Shown here: positions 11,496 through 22,100 of the stretch, piece by piece
How positions within the stretch are numbered: the stretch's first letter is position 1
How the letters are laid out: each line of letters starts with the position of its first letter
Source of the DNA: Macrostomum lignano
Lineage: Eukaryota
Assembly (NCBI GenBank): GCA_002269645.1
Contig: NIVC01005040.1
Coordinates: 1 to 28,028, forward strand
Length of the DNA: 28,028 nt
Reading direction: 5' to 3'
Translations under genes and position numbers: made by a program
The notes under the pieces: model-generated
Database searches by the model: none
The model's input: only the letters and a program-made list of their open reading frames with translations
Told to the model about the DNA's origin: nothing

Positions 11496-11690
11496 GTAGT
11501 TTGACACCCCTGATACTAGTCTGACACTAGTGTGACAGCCCTGACTCTAGTTTGACACCCCTGACACTAGTCTGACACTAGTGTGACAGCCCTGACTCTA
11601 GTTTGACACCCCTGACACTAGTCTGACACTAGTGTGATAGCCCTGACTCTAGTTTGACACCCCTGACACTAGTCTGACAGACACTAGAAT
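11496..11690 (+). repeat. 51-bp composite repeat (CTAGTTTGACACCCCTGACACTAGTCTGACACTAGTGTGACAGCCCTGACT), ~3.5 copies
   Basis: Unit starts at 11547, 11598 and 11649 (period 51). Confidence 0.9.
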
Positions 11691-12030
11691 GACAGCCCTG
11701 ACACTAATATGACAGCCCCGACACTAATATGACAGCCCCGACACTAATATGACAGCCCCGACACTAATATGACAGCCCCGACACTAATATGACAGCCCCG
11801 ACACTAATATGACAGCCCCGACACTAATATGACAGCCCCGACACTAATATGACAGCCCCGACACTAATATGACAGCCCCGACACTAATATGACAGCCCCG
11901 ACACTAATATGACAGCACCGACACTAATATGACAGCCCCAACACTAATATGACAGCCCCGACACTAATATGACAGCCCCGACACTAATACTCGTATGACA
12001 GCCCCGACACTAATATGACTGTATGACAGC
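11691..12030 (+). repeat. Near-perfect 20-bp minisatellite (GACAGCCCCGACACTAATAT), ~16 copies
   Basis: Direct periodicity. Confidence 0.97.
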
Positions 12031-13227
12031 CCTAACATAAGTAAGATGCCTGCAACAGTAGAGCGATGCCTGTAGCATGAAATTGAATGCACCTGTCCCT
12101 AGTGAATCGCAGGTGGGTTCAGCTATTTGAATGAACAAATCCGATTCACTAACTCCATTATAGTTATGCAATAATTGTACAAATATTCGCTTTATACCCT
12201 CACAGTCAAATGCTGACTGTAGATTATTGCGCAATCGGCATCCAGTTCTAAAAAACTCTAATGAGCCGACTGCAGGCCGGATTAGTTCGGCTGAAAATGC
12301 TTCCCAACCCGCCACGGCGATGACTAATGTTCTAGCCAACTCCGCCCTTGCCGCGCCCTCCCTGCTTTTAGTCCAAAAGAAGCGATTACGCAACATCTAG
12401 AGGAAGGAGAGGGCTGTCACGGGACGCCGCGCGGCCTTGGCTGTCAGAAACTCTGCTGTCTTCTTTCGCTCACTTCTTTTTGCTTTACATTTCTTCTCTT
12501 CCTCGTACTGCCCCCGGCTTGCTATATAACCGTTCTATAGGGAGAGATTGAGAGAACAGCAAGCACTATGTAGCTTGGGCCCCCTGGATTGCATAATAGT
12601 ATTGCACCCGTAAAAGAAAGGTTACGTAACCCCAATTTCTGCCCTCCCTGTCCAAATGAGGGTGACTCAGCGGAGGGCAAACCGCTCTTGCCCTCATCAA
12701 GCGAACCCTTAGCCCTCAGATACTCTCTCTCTCTCTCTCTCTGTACGCCCCAAGAGAGCTGGCTGCAATTTTGGCATCGATCAGGCCGCGGCCGGTTGGA
12801 AAATTCCAAGCCCCTAACTAATAACTTGCTGTCCGAGACCAGCCCCGCACAGATACAGTGACAGTTGCCCTACCACATAACCCTTCGTTTAAGTCCGCTC
12901 TTAGCTGCAGGGCTGGCTGGAGTTTGAAAAAAGGCGATTACGTAATATACAAGTTTAGTCAGAAATTGTATTTGGACTGGGCGTGCGCCAAAGATAGAGA
13001 AGGCGGTGGGGCTGGCAGTTTATTTACTTCTTTTAGAGTTCTTTGAAGTATCATGCAGTATCGTTTGCTCTCTATTAGAAGATCTTCTTCACTTCTAAAA
13101 TCATTTTTATCGCAAGCACTTTAATATTCCAATAATTCGTACGCGTTTCTCCTAATACTCCTAGGCAGTCTGATTCGGAGGTACAGTGGGTAGCTACAGA
13201 GATCTATGCAGAATACTGAGATAGAGG

Positions 13228-13445
13228 CTGAGAGAGGGAATGAGAGAGAGGGTAAGAGAGAGAGGGTGAAGAGAGAGAGAGAGAGGGTGAGGGAAAGGGT
13301 GAGAAAGAGGAGGTAAGAGAGAGGGTAGGGGAGGGTGAAAGGTAGGTTGAGAGACGGGGTAAGAGATAGGATGAGAGAGAAAGGGGAGGATTAGAGAGGG
13401 TGGGTGAGAGAGATTGAGAGAGAGGGTGAGAAAGAGGGTGGAAGA
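13228..13445 (+). repeat. GA-rich low-complexity tract
   Basis: Almost purine-only + strand (gagagagggtgaga...), no fixed period. Confidence 0.85.
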
Positions 13446-14247
13446 GGCTGCTGTCAATCGGACCGCGACAGATGACAGACGCACAAGGCAAATCAAAATA
13501 GAAACAGAAGAATGCAGACAGTGATGGAGCTGCCCCCGGCCTTGCAAAAGAGCTGAGAGCTGAGGCAGCAAAGACTGGTGCATCGGCTTGCATACATGAT
13601 TGAGTTTTTAACTCTAGATGCAGAATAGTAAGCCGAGTACAAATGCAGGAGACAGGACCGGCCATTGTTTGCTTAAGCCCGCAAGCAAAATAAGCAAGCA
13701 TTACTGTATTATACGTACTAGACAGATTTAAGAGTTGGACTTGGCACCCACGGGGCAGCGATTGTTCAGTGTGCAGTGAGGCAGTTTTGATTTAATTATA
13801 AGTCGAATGCGAATCCAGTAATGGGGTTGTGCCACCCGCAAAGCGGTAACCATAAACCTGATATACAATATATCAGCTATGACAGCCACACTACAGTTAT
13901 ACTCAAACTATATAGAAGCTATTAGTCTAGAAGTCCCTGACTAGTACCCAGATACACGAACTGTCTCGGTGTGGAGTAATTTTCAAGCAAAAATACAGAC
14001 TAATGTACGAAGTACGAAGTATTCATGTACGAATTCCATTTGTCTTGCTTGCATTTTAGCATGCATTTATTTGTTTACGTACTACATTTACGCATAGTTG
14101 AGCGAAGCGCAACACAAAAAAACTGGCTAGACTGGATTGAGAGATTTCTATACTCGTATTTATTCGTACTAAACTAATAAAGTTCTTTTTTTGAACAATA
14201 AACACACGAAAGGCGTGTACGAATAACCGACATGACAGTGGATAAAA

Positions 14248-14645
14248 GCGGTCTGGGGATCATGTCGGTCTGGGAGTTTATACCGGTCTGGGGGTCATGT
14301 CGGTCTGGGGATCATGTCTGTGTCGGTCTGGGGATTATGTCGGTCTGGGGGTCGTGTCGGTTTGTCATGTCGGTCTGGGAATCATGTCGGTCTGGGAATC
14401 ATGTCGGTCTGGGAATCATTTCGGTCTGGGAATCATGTCGGTCTGGGAATCATGTCGGTCTGGGAATCATGTCGGTCTGGGAATCATTTCGGTCTGGGAA
14501 TCATGTCGGTCTGGGAATCATGTCGGTCTGGGAATCATGTCGGTCTGGGAATCATGTCGGTCTGGGAATCATGTCGGTCTGGGAATAATGTCGGTCTGAA
14601 AATCATGTCGGTCTGGGAATCATGTCGGTCTGAGGGGTCATGTCT
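14248..14645 (+). repeat. 17-bp minisatellite (CATGTCGGTCTGGGAAT), ~22 copies
   Basis: 17-nt periodicity. Confidence 0.96.
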
Positions 14646-15975
14646 GTCATACATGTATGGGGCTCAAAAGCAACGCCCCTGTCAAAAGGAAGGACGCATC
14701 TGGATGCAGTTGGCAGTCACAAGGCCAGATGCACACACACAACTGTGCATTTGTTCTCTACTGACTTTCACATGGCAGTTAAAGCTAGTAAAAGACGCAA
14801 TACAGAATTTACCAAACGGACTTTTCCAGATGAATATTGAATTCCCTGTTGAGATAGTCTATGGTACATGCCTGTTTCATTTGCCTCCATAGAGTGCATG
14901 CACTCTTATTTATTCTGCCGCGTGTTGTCGTCTATGGTAAAAGCTAGTCTTATAGACAGTAATGTTTGCTTAGATTTTGTCTATGGCCGGACCTGCTTAT
15001 ACCGTACGAATCAATAGAAACATATCAAAGAAGCGTCAATTTAATGAGTTTATACTGACTGAATTTTCAACAGCGCGCGTCTATTTCAAAAGTACACAAG
15101 AGCGTTTGACAACAACAAACTACGAGGAAACAAAACTAATAATAAACAAACAACAAAGCAAACTAAGCAAATGGTTGTTTTTTGACGCAAGATGTGTTTT
15201 TTGTTGTTTAACTCGGGAAACACAAAGCGAGACAACAACAGCAACAACAACAAAGAAATCAACAGTGTCGGATGTCTGTGCACAAATGTGTGATAAGAGT
15301 GAATTGCCAACAAAACAATACATTTTTCTGCTCCAAAAGACCTAGCAAAAGCAGGAGAACAGCTCGCTCTGAATTAGCGGTATATAAAAAAAATTGAAAT
15401 GTATAAGCAGGTACCGAGTAGACATTAGCCTTGAATACAAAACAATACTTGACGAGGTGCAAAAATTCAGCTAGGAAATTTTACAGAGTAAGAGACACAC
15501 ACGCACTATAAACTCAAAAAATGCAGACAATTGAAATTAATTAACATTATTATTGTTATAAACACAAAACTATGTACTTTTAAAAATTCAAAATTCAAAA
15601 CCTGCTTTTCTTAACACAGAAAAGTCCGAGTAGTGCTTGAGCTAGGTTAGTAACCAGACCGGATTACAGAAATATTAATTAATTCAATAAAAATACCAAA
15701 TTATAGTTATAGCACGGAAAGTTACAAAAAACCACGCAATAAAACAACAGCGCGAACGGCTTTAATAAGTTTGAATGAGAAAAACACGGATAGAGGCGTT
15801 TGTAACCGGGCTATGAAACGCACGCGACAGGGGGCTTAATTTAAGCTTTATGATGGGCTCTTGTAAAAAAAAGTACAGCACACAACATTATGAGGGAAAA
15901 TACAGCGAACACTCGGGGATCAGTTGTGATTGACGGAATCCATTATCTTATCAGGAGGAATTCAAATATTTGCAC

Positions 15976-15981
15976 TTTATT
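15976..15981 (-). promoter_or_regulatory. Candidate polyadenylation signal (AATAAA) of the NR0B-like gene
   Basis: TTTATT on + at 15976-15981, ~137 nt downstream of the stop codon in AT-rich sequence. It is only a hexamer match. Confidence 0.3.
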
Positions 15982-16117
15982 ATAACCAATTTTTTTTTAA
16001 CAAAATATTCGCCTGAGTCAACTTTTACTTCTTTTTTTTATCCAAATGAAGTCTTTGCTCGGCTTGGAGACCTTGGCTGGTGTCTAAATGAAGGTCAGGA
16101 GGGGCTACCAGTCAGTG

Positions 16118-16341
16118 CTAGCAGCCGAGTTTGGTCTTGATGAACTCGTCAACAGACAAGCTGAGCAGATGCCTGCAGAACAGGTTCTCCAGCATGTCCT
16201 TGTCTGTTGCTGAGACCGCCTGCAGCATAGCAACGGCGTCCTTGGTGTGCCTGGCCATGCCCTTCATCTCCAAGTGGCGCAGCACGTGTTTCATAATCTC
16301 CTCTTGAACCTCGTGCAGGTGAATCTCGTGCGCTGATTCGG
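16118..16341 (-). CDS. NR0B: NR0B-like nuclear receptor, exon 2 (LBD helices 9-12)
   Basis: Acceptor ATTTTTCAG|CC at 16342/16341 completes the phase-1 Pro codon and reads ESAHEIHLHEVQEEIMKHVLRHLEMKGMARHTKDAVAMLQAVSATDKDMLENLFCRHLLSLSVDEFIKTKLGC* (TAG at 16120-16118). LE.LF and the H9-H12 spacing match NR LBD C-termini. This frame is not in the ORF track. Confidence 0.88.
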
Positions 16342-17368
16342 CTGAAAAATTTAATGACGAGTTTTGAAAATGTCAACTTTGCATAGCATCGGATTGCATT
16401 GCTAGTTCGGCTTCTTTCTGCCCCCTCAATTAGCTGGCTGGGTACGGCAGCGCTATGTGAAATTAAAGATTGTGGGGATTTTTTCTAGTTCCAAAAATAG
16501 CCTTTGCTCAATTATGTTGGGAAAACGGGCACGCGAACTGGGTGTGTAAGAGAGGTTGGGGAAGAGGGGGGGGGTATTCCCCCAATCGCTGCTAAAATAA
16601 AGTTCGAAGCAAGTTCACGCAGCGGTCAAATCGAGACCCGGCCAATTCCCCCGGGGGGGTGCTGAGTGGTGAGTCAGCCCTCTCTCTCTCTCCCAGGCAA
16701 TACGCAATGCGCTGACTAAGCCATGGGGGAAGGACGGGAGGAGGGCTTAAACGACCACCCCCACCCCTGGGTTGGTTGAACAGGAAAGGAATAGGCAACA
16801 CTGGCTTATAGCACAAGTAAAGTGCAATAATGGGCTATGCTGCCTGGGAAAACAGGATTTGAGGTTGTGCGCTGGAGACACGTGAGTGACCTCCTCTCCT
16901 CACAGAGGGGCGGAGGGAGGGGGGGGGTTGCTGAGTGAGTGAGCGAGCGAGTGTTGCGGAGCAGGGCAGGGGTGAGGCAAAGCCTGGAGGACAAGAGGAG
17001 AGAACACGCAAGCGTGCGCGTGGTGTGGCGTGCGCATGTGTAGCAAATGTGGCATATTACACATTTCGCATTACACAACAAGACTCTTTTCTTACTGCAA
17101 CCCCCCCGCGCATACTTCTACTCTCTCAAACTAGCGATCCATCGGTATGAGTGGCGCTAGGGACTTAAATGAAATTAATTTAAGAGGAACAGGAGGGAGA
17201 CACAGGGTGACTAAGGCGCAATTTAAGGCTAAGGGGGAGGGGGGCCAAGGCAGAGAGGGGCACAGGGCGAGCGCGTGAGTGAGCGAGCGAATGCAATGAA
17301 TCACCCGCACTCCCTGACTAAAGGTTCCAATGCACCGTATAGGACAAATTATCGAACAGTTGACTCAC

Positions 17369-18581
17369 GCTTGAAGATGGCGGCCAGTCTCAACAGATTG
17401 TAGGTCATATTGTCAAACGGAATTGCCGATGCGGTCGAGATGAGTCGCTGAAGATCTTCGGCGAACTTCTTAGTTGGCAAGCGGCCGCCGCCGCTATTCT
17501 GGTTAAGCTGCTCCTCTGCCAGTTCGTGCGAGCAGGGAGTGACAGCAAAGTGGAAGCTGTTCTCCAGCATGTACAACTGGATGATGCTTGGCCAGGCTCG
17601 GCACAGCAGAGCAGCCTGGGCAGGCCGGTCCAGGGCGCCGAACAGTGCAGCATTGGTGTGCACCAGTTCGGAGCCTTTGCGCAGCCAGTCGGACACGTGC
17701 GACTGCGCTACCATGACGTTCTTCTTGGCCAGCTGGACAGGCTGCAGCTGGGTCTGGTAGCGGTGCGCCGCCTGGCTCAAGATGGTGCGCAGCATCGGCT
17801 GCTGGTCCGGCGGCGAGCCCATGCTGCTGTCAGCGTCCCCGCCCATCATGGCCAGCTGGTGCTCTTGCGCAGCCATTGCTCGCATGCTGCTGCTGAGGTC
17901 TAGCGGCTCCTCGGAGGAGGTGAAGCCGCAGGCGCTTGGCGACGAGGTCGACGGCGACAGGCCGCTGTAGGCTGAGGTCGCTGCTGCGGCGGCTGCGGCG
18001 GCGTTAAAACCGCGCGGCACCGAGGAGGGTCGTCCACCGGCTAGCTGCTGGCCCTGCGGCTGGTGCTGCCGAGGCTGCAGGGCTGGAGGCGGCGGCGGCA
18101 GCAGGTGGGCGCTGCCACGGCGCGTGGTCGGATTGCCCATGGAGTTGGATCGGCGCGGGAAGTCGGCAGCAGCGGCGTTCATTGGTGCGGCGGAGGCGGC
18201 GGCGGCGGCAGCAGCAGCGTTGGAAGTCGTCGGGGCCGGCGAGGCTCCGCCGCAGCCAGCGTGGAAGGCGCTGCGCTGCTGTACAGCGGAGGCGTCGCGC
18301 GCGGTGAGCAGGTTGTACAGAAATCCGCTGCCTCCGCCACCGGTCACTGCTGGAGGAGCGCCGGCTGAAGCGGCCGGAGCCGGGGGCATCGGAGTGGCGG
18401 GCATCAACGGTTCGATAGCCGGATGGGCCAAGCCGTTGAAATTGCTGACGAAGAACTGTGGCGGCGAGGCCTCATCGGGCGGGTGCTTCACTGAGGAGAG
18501 AAAGCTGAAAATGGTGGTGCCGAGCTGCTGCATTTGGCTGGCTAGACAGGCGGAGGCCGGCAGGGGGCTGTCTGGCGACAT
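17369..18581 (-). CDS. NR0B: NR0B (SHP/DAX-1)-like nuclear receptor lacking a DBD, exon 1; spliced protein 478 aa
   Basis: ATG at 18581 with an in-frame TGA two codons upstream. Low-complexity N-terminus with GFLYNLLT. The LBD reads QPVQL...DWLRKGSELV...FGALDRPAQAALLCRAWPSIIQLYMLENSFHFAV...YNLLRLAAIFK, which I recall aligning with SHP RPVQL...F..LP..DQ..LL..CW..L. Donor AAGC|GTGAGT at 17369/17368. No C4 zinc finger. The subfamily call comes from motif recognition, not a computed phylogeny. Confidence 0.87.
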
Positions 18582-21500
18582 GATTCAGTTTTGGACTATG
18601 AGAGCGCCCCCCGCTATTTAATTTAAGTCAGGTCTCCCAGACCGAGGACAAGTCATTGATACTTTTCTTGGGTAAGGGGAGGGCGCTGGGAGCGCAAAAG
18701 TGGAGCTGGAAGGCCTGGGCAGGAAATTCGAACTATATCTATCTAGGCCTTCCAATGTACCTTCTAGCACAGACTGGGGGTCCTGGGAGGCGCCACTGGG
18801 AGGCCGACTTTTGGGACACGGATATACTTTACTTGGAGTCTTTGTTGGGGTGGTTCGAACAAAGTTTAGTCTACCCCACCCCCACCTCACCAGTTTCCCA
18901 GTCCAATAACCGTAAACACGGCTCGGTGTCAGTGAGTGGAGGGCTGATGGGGCCCCAAATTTGGGGGTTGAGGGGACGGGGGTTGAGAGAAGTAAAGGAC
19001 GGGGGTGTGGGAATCAGGGCCAACAAAGACCTTTTTTGCCCTCTATATTTCTTCCCCCTCTCACTCCTCCCTACAACGGGGTGGAGAGTATGTCTAAAAA
19101 AAGCACAGACAGCAAAATAAAAGGACAACTGAACTTGGAAAAGGAGGAAACGAGGAACTTAAGGAAATAGCGGAACATTTCTCGGTTCTCACCAAGTGAG
19201 AGAAACCTTCAAAAGTATACTGATACGATAACGATAACCGATAAGAAGGGAGAAGAAAAGAAACTTACTTTTGCAGGAAGTATGCTCCATCCGTAGCAGA
19301 TGCCGGGTGTCCGTACACCATCATAACTGTGTTGCTATACTTGGATTGTTAAAAGTTGCTAAAAATAAGGAGAACGCTGAGTTTGTAAAGCAGTGAGATA
19401 TATGTGTAGCTTACACTGGATTTGGACCTTGGAACGCCAAGAAAACAAGTTTTCTTCTCGTATTTACGGAGAAACCGGGTAAGGCTTGGACTGGAAATGG
19501 GGGGCGCGCACTTATTATTGTGACGAAAATACAGCGGCGGCTTTGGGTTGGCTGAAAGTTAAGGGGGGTTGGCGGCGTCTTTCTGTGTTGGGCATGGGCA
19601 GGCTTGAAGGGGAGAGAGAAAATACATTTTATACCCTTGCACTGAATCAGGGCCAAGTGAACTTTAACCGGCGCAAGCCGCTTTATTGGCTGGTCCTGGG
19701 AAAGTTGAGGAACGAAAAGAACGAATGGGGCGCCGGTCCGTCTTAACACAAATGCTTCCACACTCCGTCTGAATTAGCGAGACGGCGCCTCTTCCTGAAG
19801 TCCTGAAGTCCTAAAAAATGCCAATGGAACGAAAACGAGTTATTAGCTACTTGCTTTCTATCATATTTTCGTCCTTTCTGGGCCTGAATTTACTGGATCT
19901 ATTTAGCCGTTCAGATTGGACTCTGAACTTCAATACCCTGCTTGCCGTCTTGAAATCGCGCAGCCAGACCAAGTCGTGGGGTGGCTGTCAAGTGCACTTC
20001 AAGTAAACTAAGAGAACTTTATAGAATTCATTCTGCGTTGCGAAGGTTTAAATGAAATTAGCTAAATTCACAAATAGAGGGCAAATTAAGTACTGTGCTG
20101 TGCAGCAGCAGAATAAACACATTAATCATATTTTTTCTCGGTATACAGAGAACTCTATTCGAATCATTTTTTATCAGTTCCATTGTACTTCATTAAAAAG
20201 AACGATAGTGGCCCATGCGCAACTGCAAGTGCAAAATTCAGCTTTACAATTTTAAAAGTACATTCACACTAACCGGGGTCCAGTCATCTAGACATTTAAT
20301 CTACTGTACTGACTGAGTATACGACTCTATACGAGTGAGTAAACAATCCATGAGCCTCGCATCCTATTTGATTTGAAATCACGGCAGAACTTCAGAAGCA
20401 CCGACTCTGTCTTGTCTTGCCCCCCCGGCTTTTGAGTCCTAATTGAGATAAAAATTGAAAGCAATGATGGTCAATAGCAATCGATAATTAATGAGATAAG
20501 AACTACTTACTTTAAAATGTTTTAGTGACTCAGCCCAATTAGTGGCGGTCGTCGCACACGGGCTGGCACTGACTGTACACGGCCAAACAAACCTAAGCAA
20601 CAATTGTTAATGACAAATTGTTTTGTTACAGAAAAGGTGAAAAAACAGACAGACACCACCAAATCAACGAAAACATAAGTGAACTGACTTAAAAAAGCAT
20701 TGTTAGGGATGTTTTTATCAAATATAAAAATGACGTTGTGAACTTTAAAGAAGAAAAGCATATACATGCTTTTGTGTGTTATGTTGTTTAAATAAAAATT
20801 AAAACCGGTTTAAAATTAAACAGACAACTGGTAAGGAATCGTCTAAATTGGTGGGAAACTGTTGTAGATGCGATCTTACTTTCTAGGCTCAAATATTCAA
20901 TAGAAATTGATTTACAAGTACAAATGCTCCAAGTTGACATTGATTGAATTAAACAAACCAATATTAATGAAATTTAAATCATATATGAATACATTAAATA
21001 TAATGTACTAAAAAGCAGTCCCAAAAATAAGTGAGACAACCAGACACGTGATACAAAAACTTATCTATATAAAGTACATAAGATCAAGGGCGGCAAAGTT
21101 TTAGCCATAGACAAGAGTGAAACTTTCCTGCCTAAGGCCTCGAGGGTCCAAGTCTGTCTTGGCAGTCAACAGTCATACTGTACTTCTTAATGATATGGTA
21201 TGTTTGACTTTTCTTTTCGGCCATAGACAACTGATTCGTGACAAGTTTAAGAAGTACATGATAAACGCCGTTTAATTCACATTCTAACCATAGACTGTGA
21301 TAAACGGCGTTTATCATATATGAAATTCGATTGCTCCTGATTTCGATTGTATGATATAATATCCTAGTTTTTGTCAAAATTACCATAGACAACACATTCC
21401 AGGCTCAGAATAGTACAATTTTTAACGATTAAATAAGCAATCGCATTTTTTATGTTTTGTAGCTTGAAATAGAGCTACTCTATTAAGAATTTCTCGTCCG

Positions 21501-21956
21501 CATGTATTTAACGATGGGGTTATCAAGTGCACTTGCCTTACTACAAGTATACTCTGGCTGTAAAATTCTATGGCTAAAATGCGCAAGTCCCGACCCGAGA
21601 CCACATAAGTACAAGAAGTCTATACAAATTAATGTACTAATAAGAAGCCGAGTGCATTGGTTCAAAAGTCGAATGTAGCTCGTATAGTAGCTTTCACAAA
21701 ATACGAATTGCAGCGGGGGAGTCTTGCCTACATGCATTCTTTGTATGTATGAACTGCGCGTGTTGAACTAAAGGTCATGATATACCTCGTAGCATCTGAC
21801 TCCGACAACCATTTATCATCCCATTTACCATTTATCAACCAATTTGAACACCCCTGGTGCCCTTTAGAGAATTTGCCACCCTTCTAGAGACACCCAGCAG
21901 GGCCAGCACCCCACAGACACTCTGGTAGCCTTCCCTATTCTGCAGAGCCCACCCAG

Positions 21957-22100
21957 TTACCATACAGACAGTCTGGTACCATTATGAAGTATTGTATTGA
22001 GACATCCAGTAACCCTACAGACAGTCTGGTACCATGATTCTACAGTAGAGACAGTAGACACAGTAGAGAACATCCAGTACCCTACAGTGTGGTACAGCCT
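21957..22100 (+). repeat. Degenerate short direct repeats (TACAGACAGTCTGGTACCAT x2; ACATCCAGTA x2)
   Basis: The 20-mer is at 21963-21982 and 22016-22035. Confidence 0.55.

Noticed and set aside
14226-14237. Inverted copy (ACCGACATGACA) of the 17-bp array unit at its left flank as a TIR
   Set aside because: Only 12 bp, no matching right terminus or TSD.
16935-17290. Exact 16-mer GTGAGTGAGCGAGCGA twice in the NR0B intron (16935, 17275), resembling AAV Rep-binding GAGC repeats
   Set aside because: Low-complexity (GAGY)n tetramer repeat with no Rep gene or ITR hairpin; chance or a generic GAGA-type element is sufficient.
17349-17368. C-terminus RESTVR* of the 410-aa ORF as the true protein end
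   Set aside because: It is intron read-through past a GTGAGT donor; the LBD is completed by exon 2.
17526-18621. Plus-strand ORFs overlapping NR0B exon 1 (and 26463-27152, 27727-28005 over TRIP12)
   Set aside because: Antisense shadows of GC-rich coding sequence with no independent motifs.
18595-18630. AT-rich TTAAATTAAATA as a TATA box for NR0B
   Set aside because: Poor consensus match and unknown TSS; the nearby TCTCATAG could equally be a cis- or trans-splice acceptor.
11163-20535. Scattered AP-1/ARE-like TGA(C/G)TCA sites (11163, 12663, 16670, 20526)
   Set aside because: 7-mers at near-chance frequency, not clustered, and one further hit is simply the splice donor.
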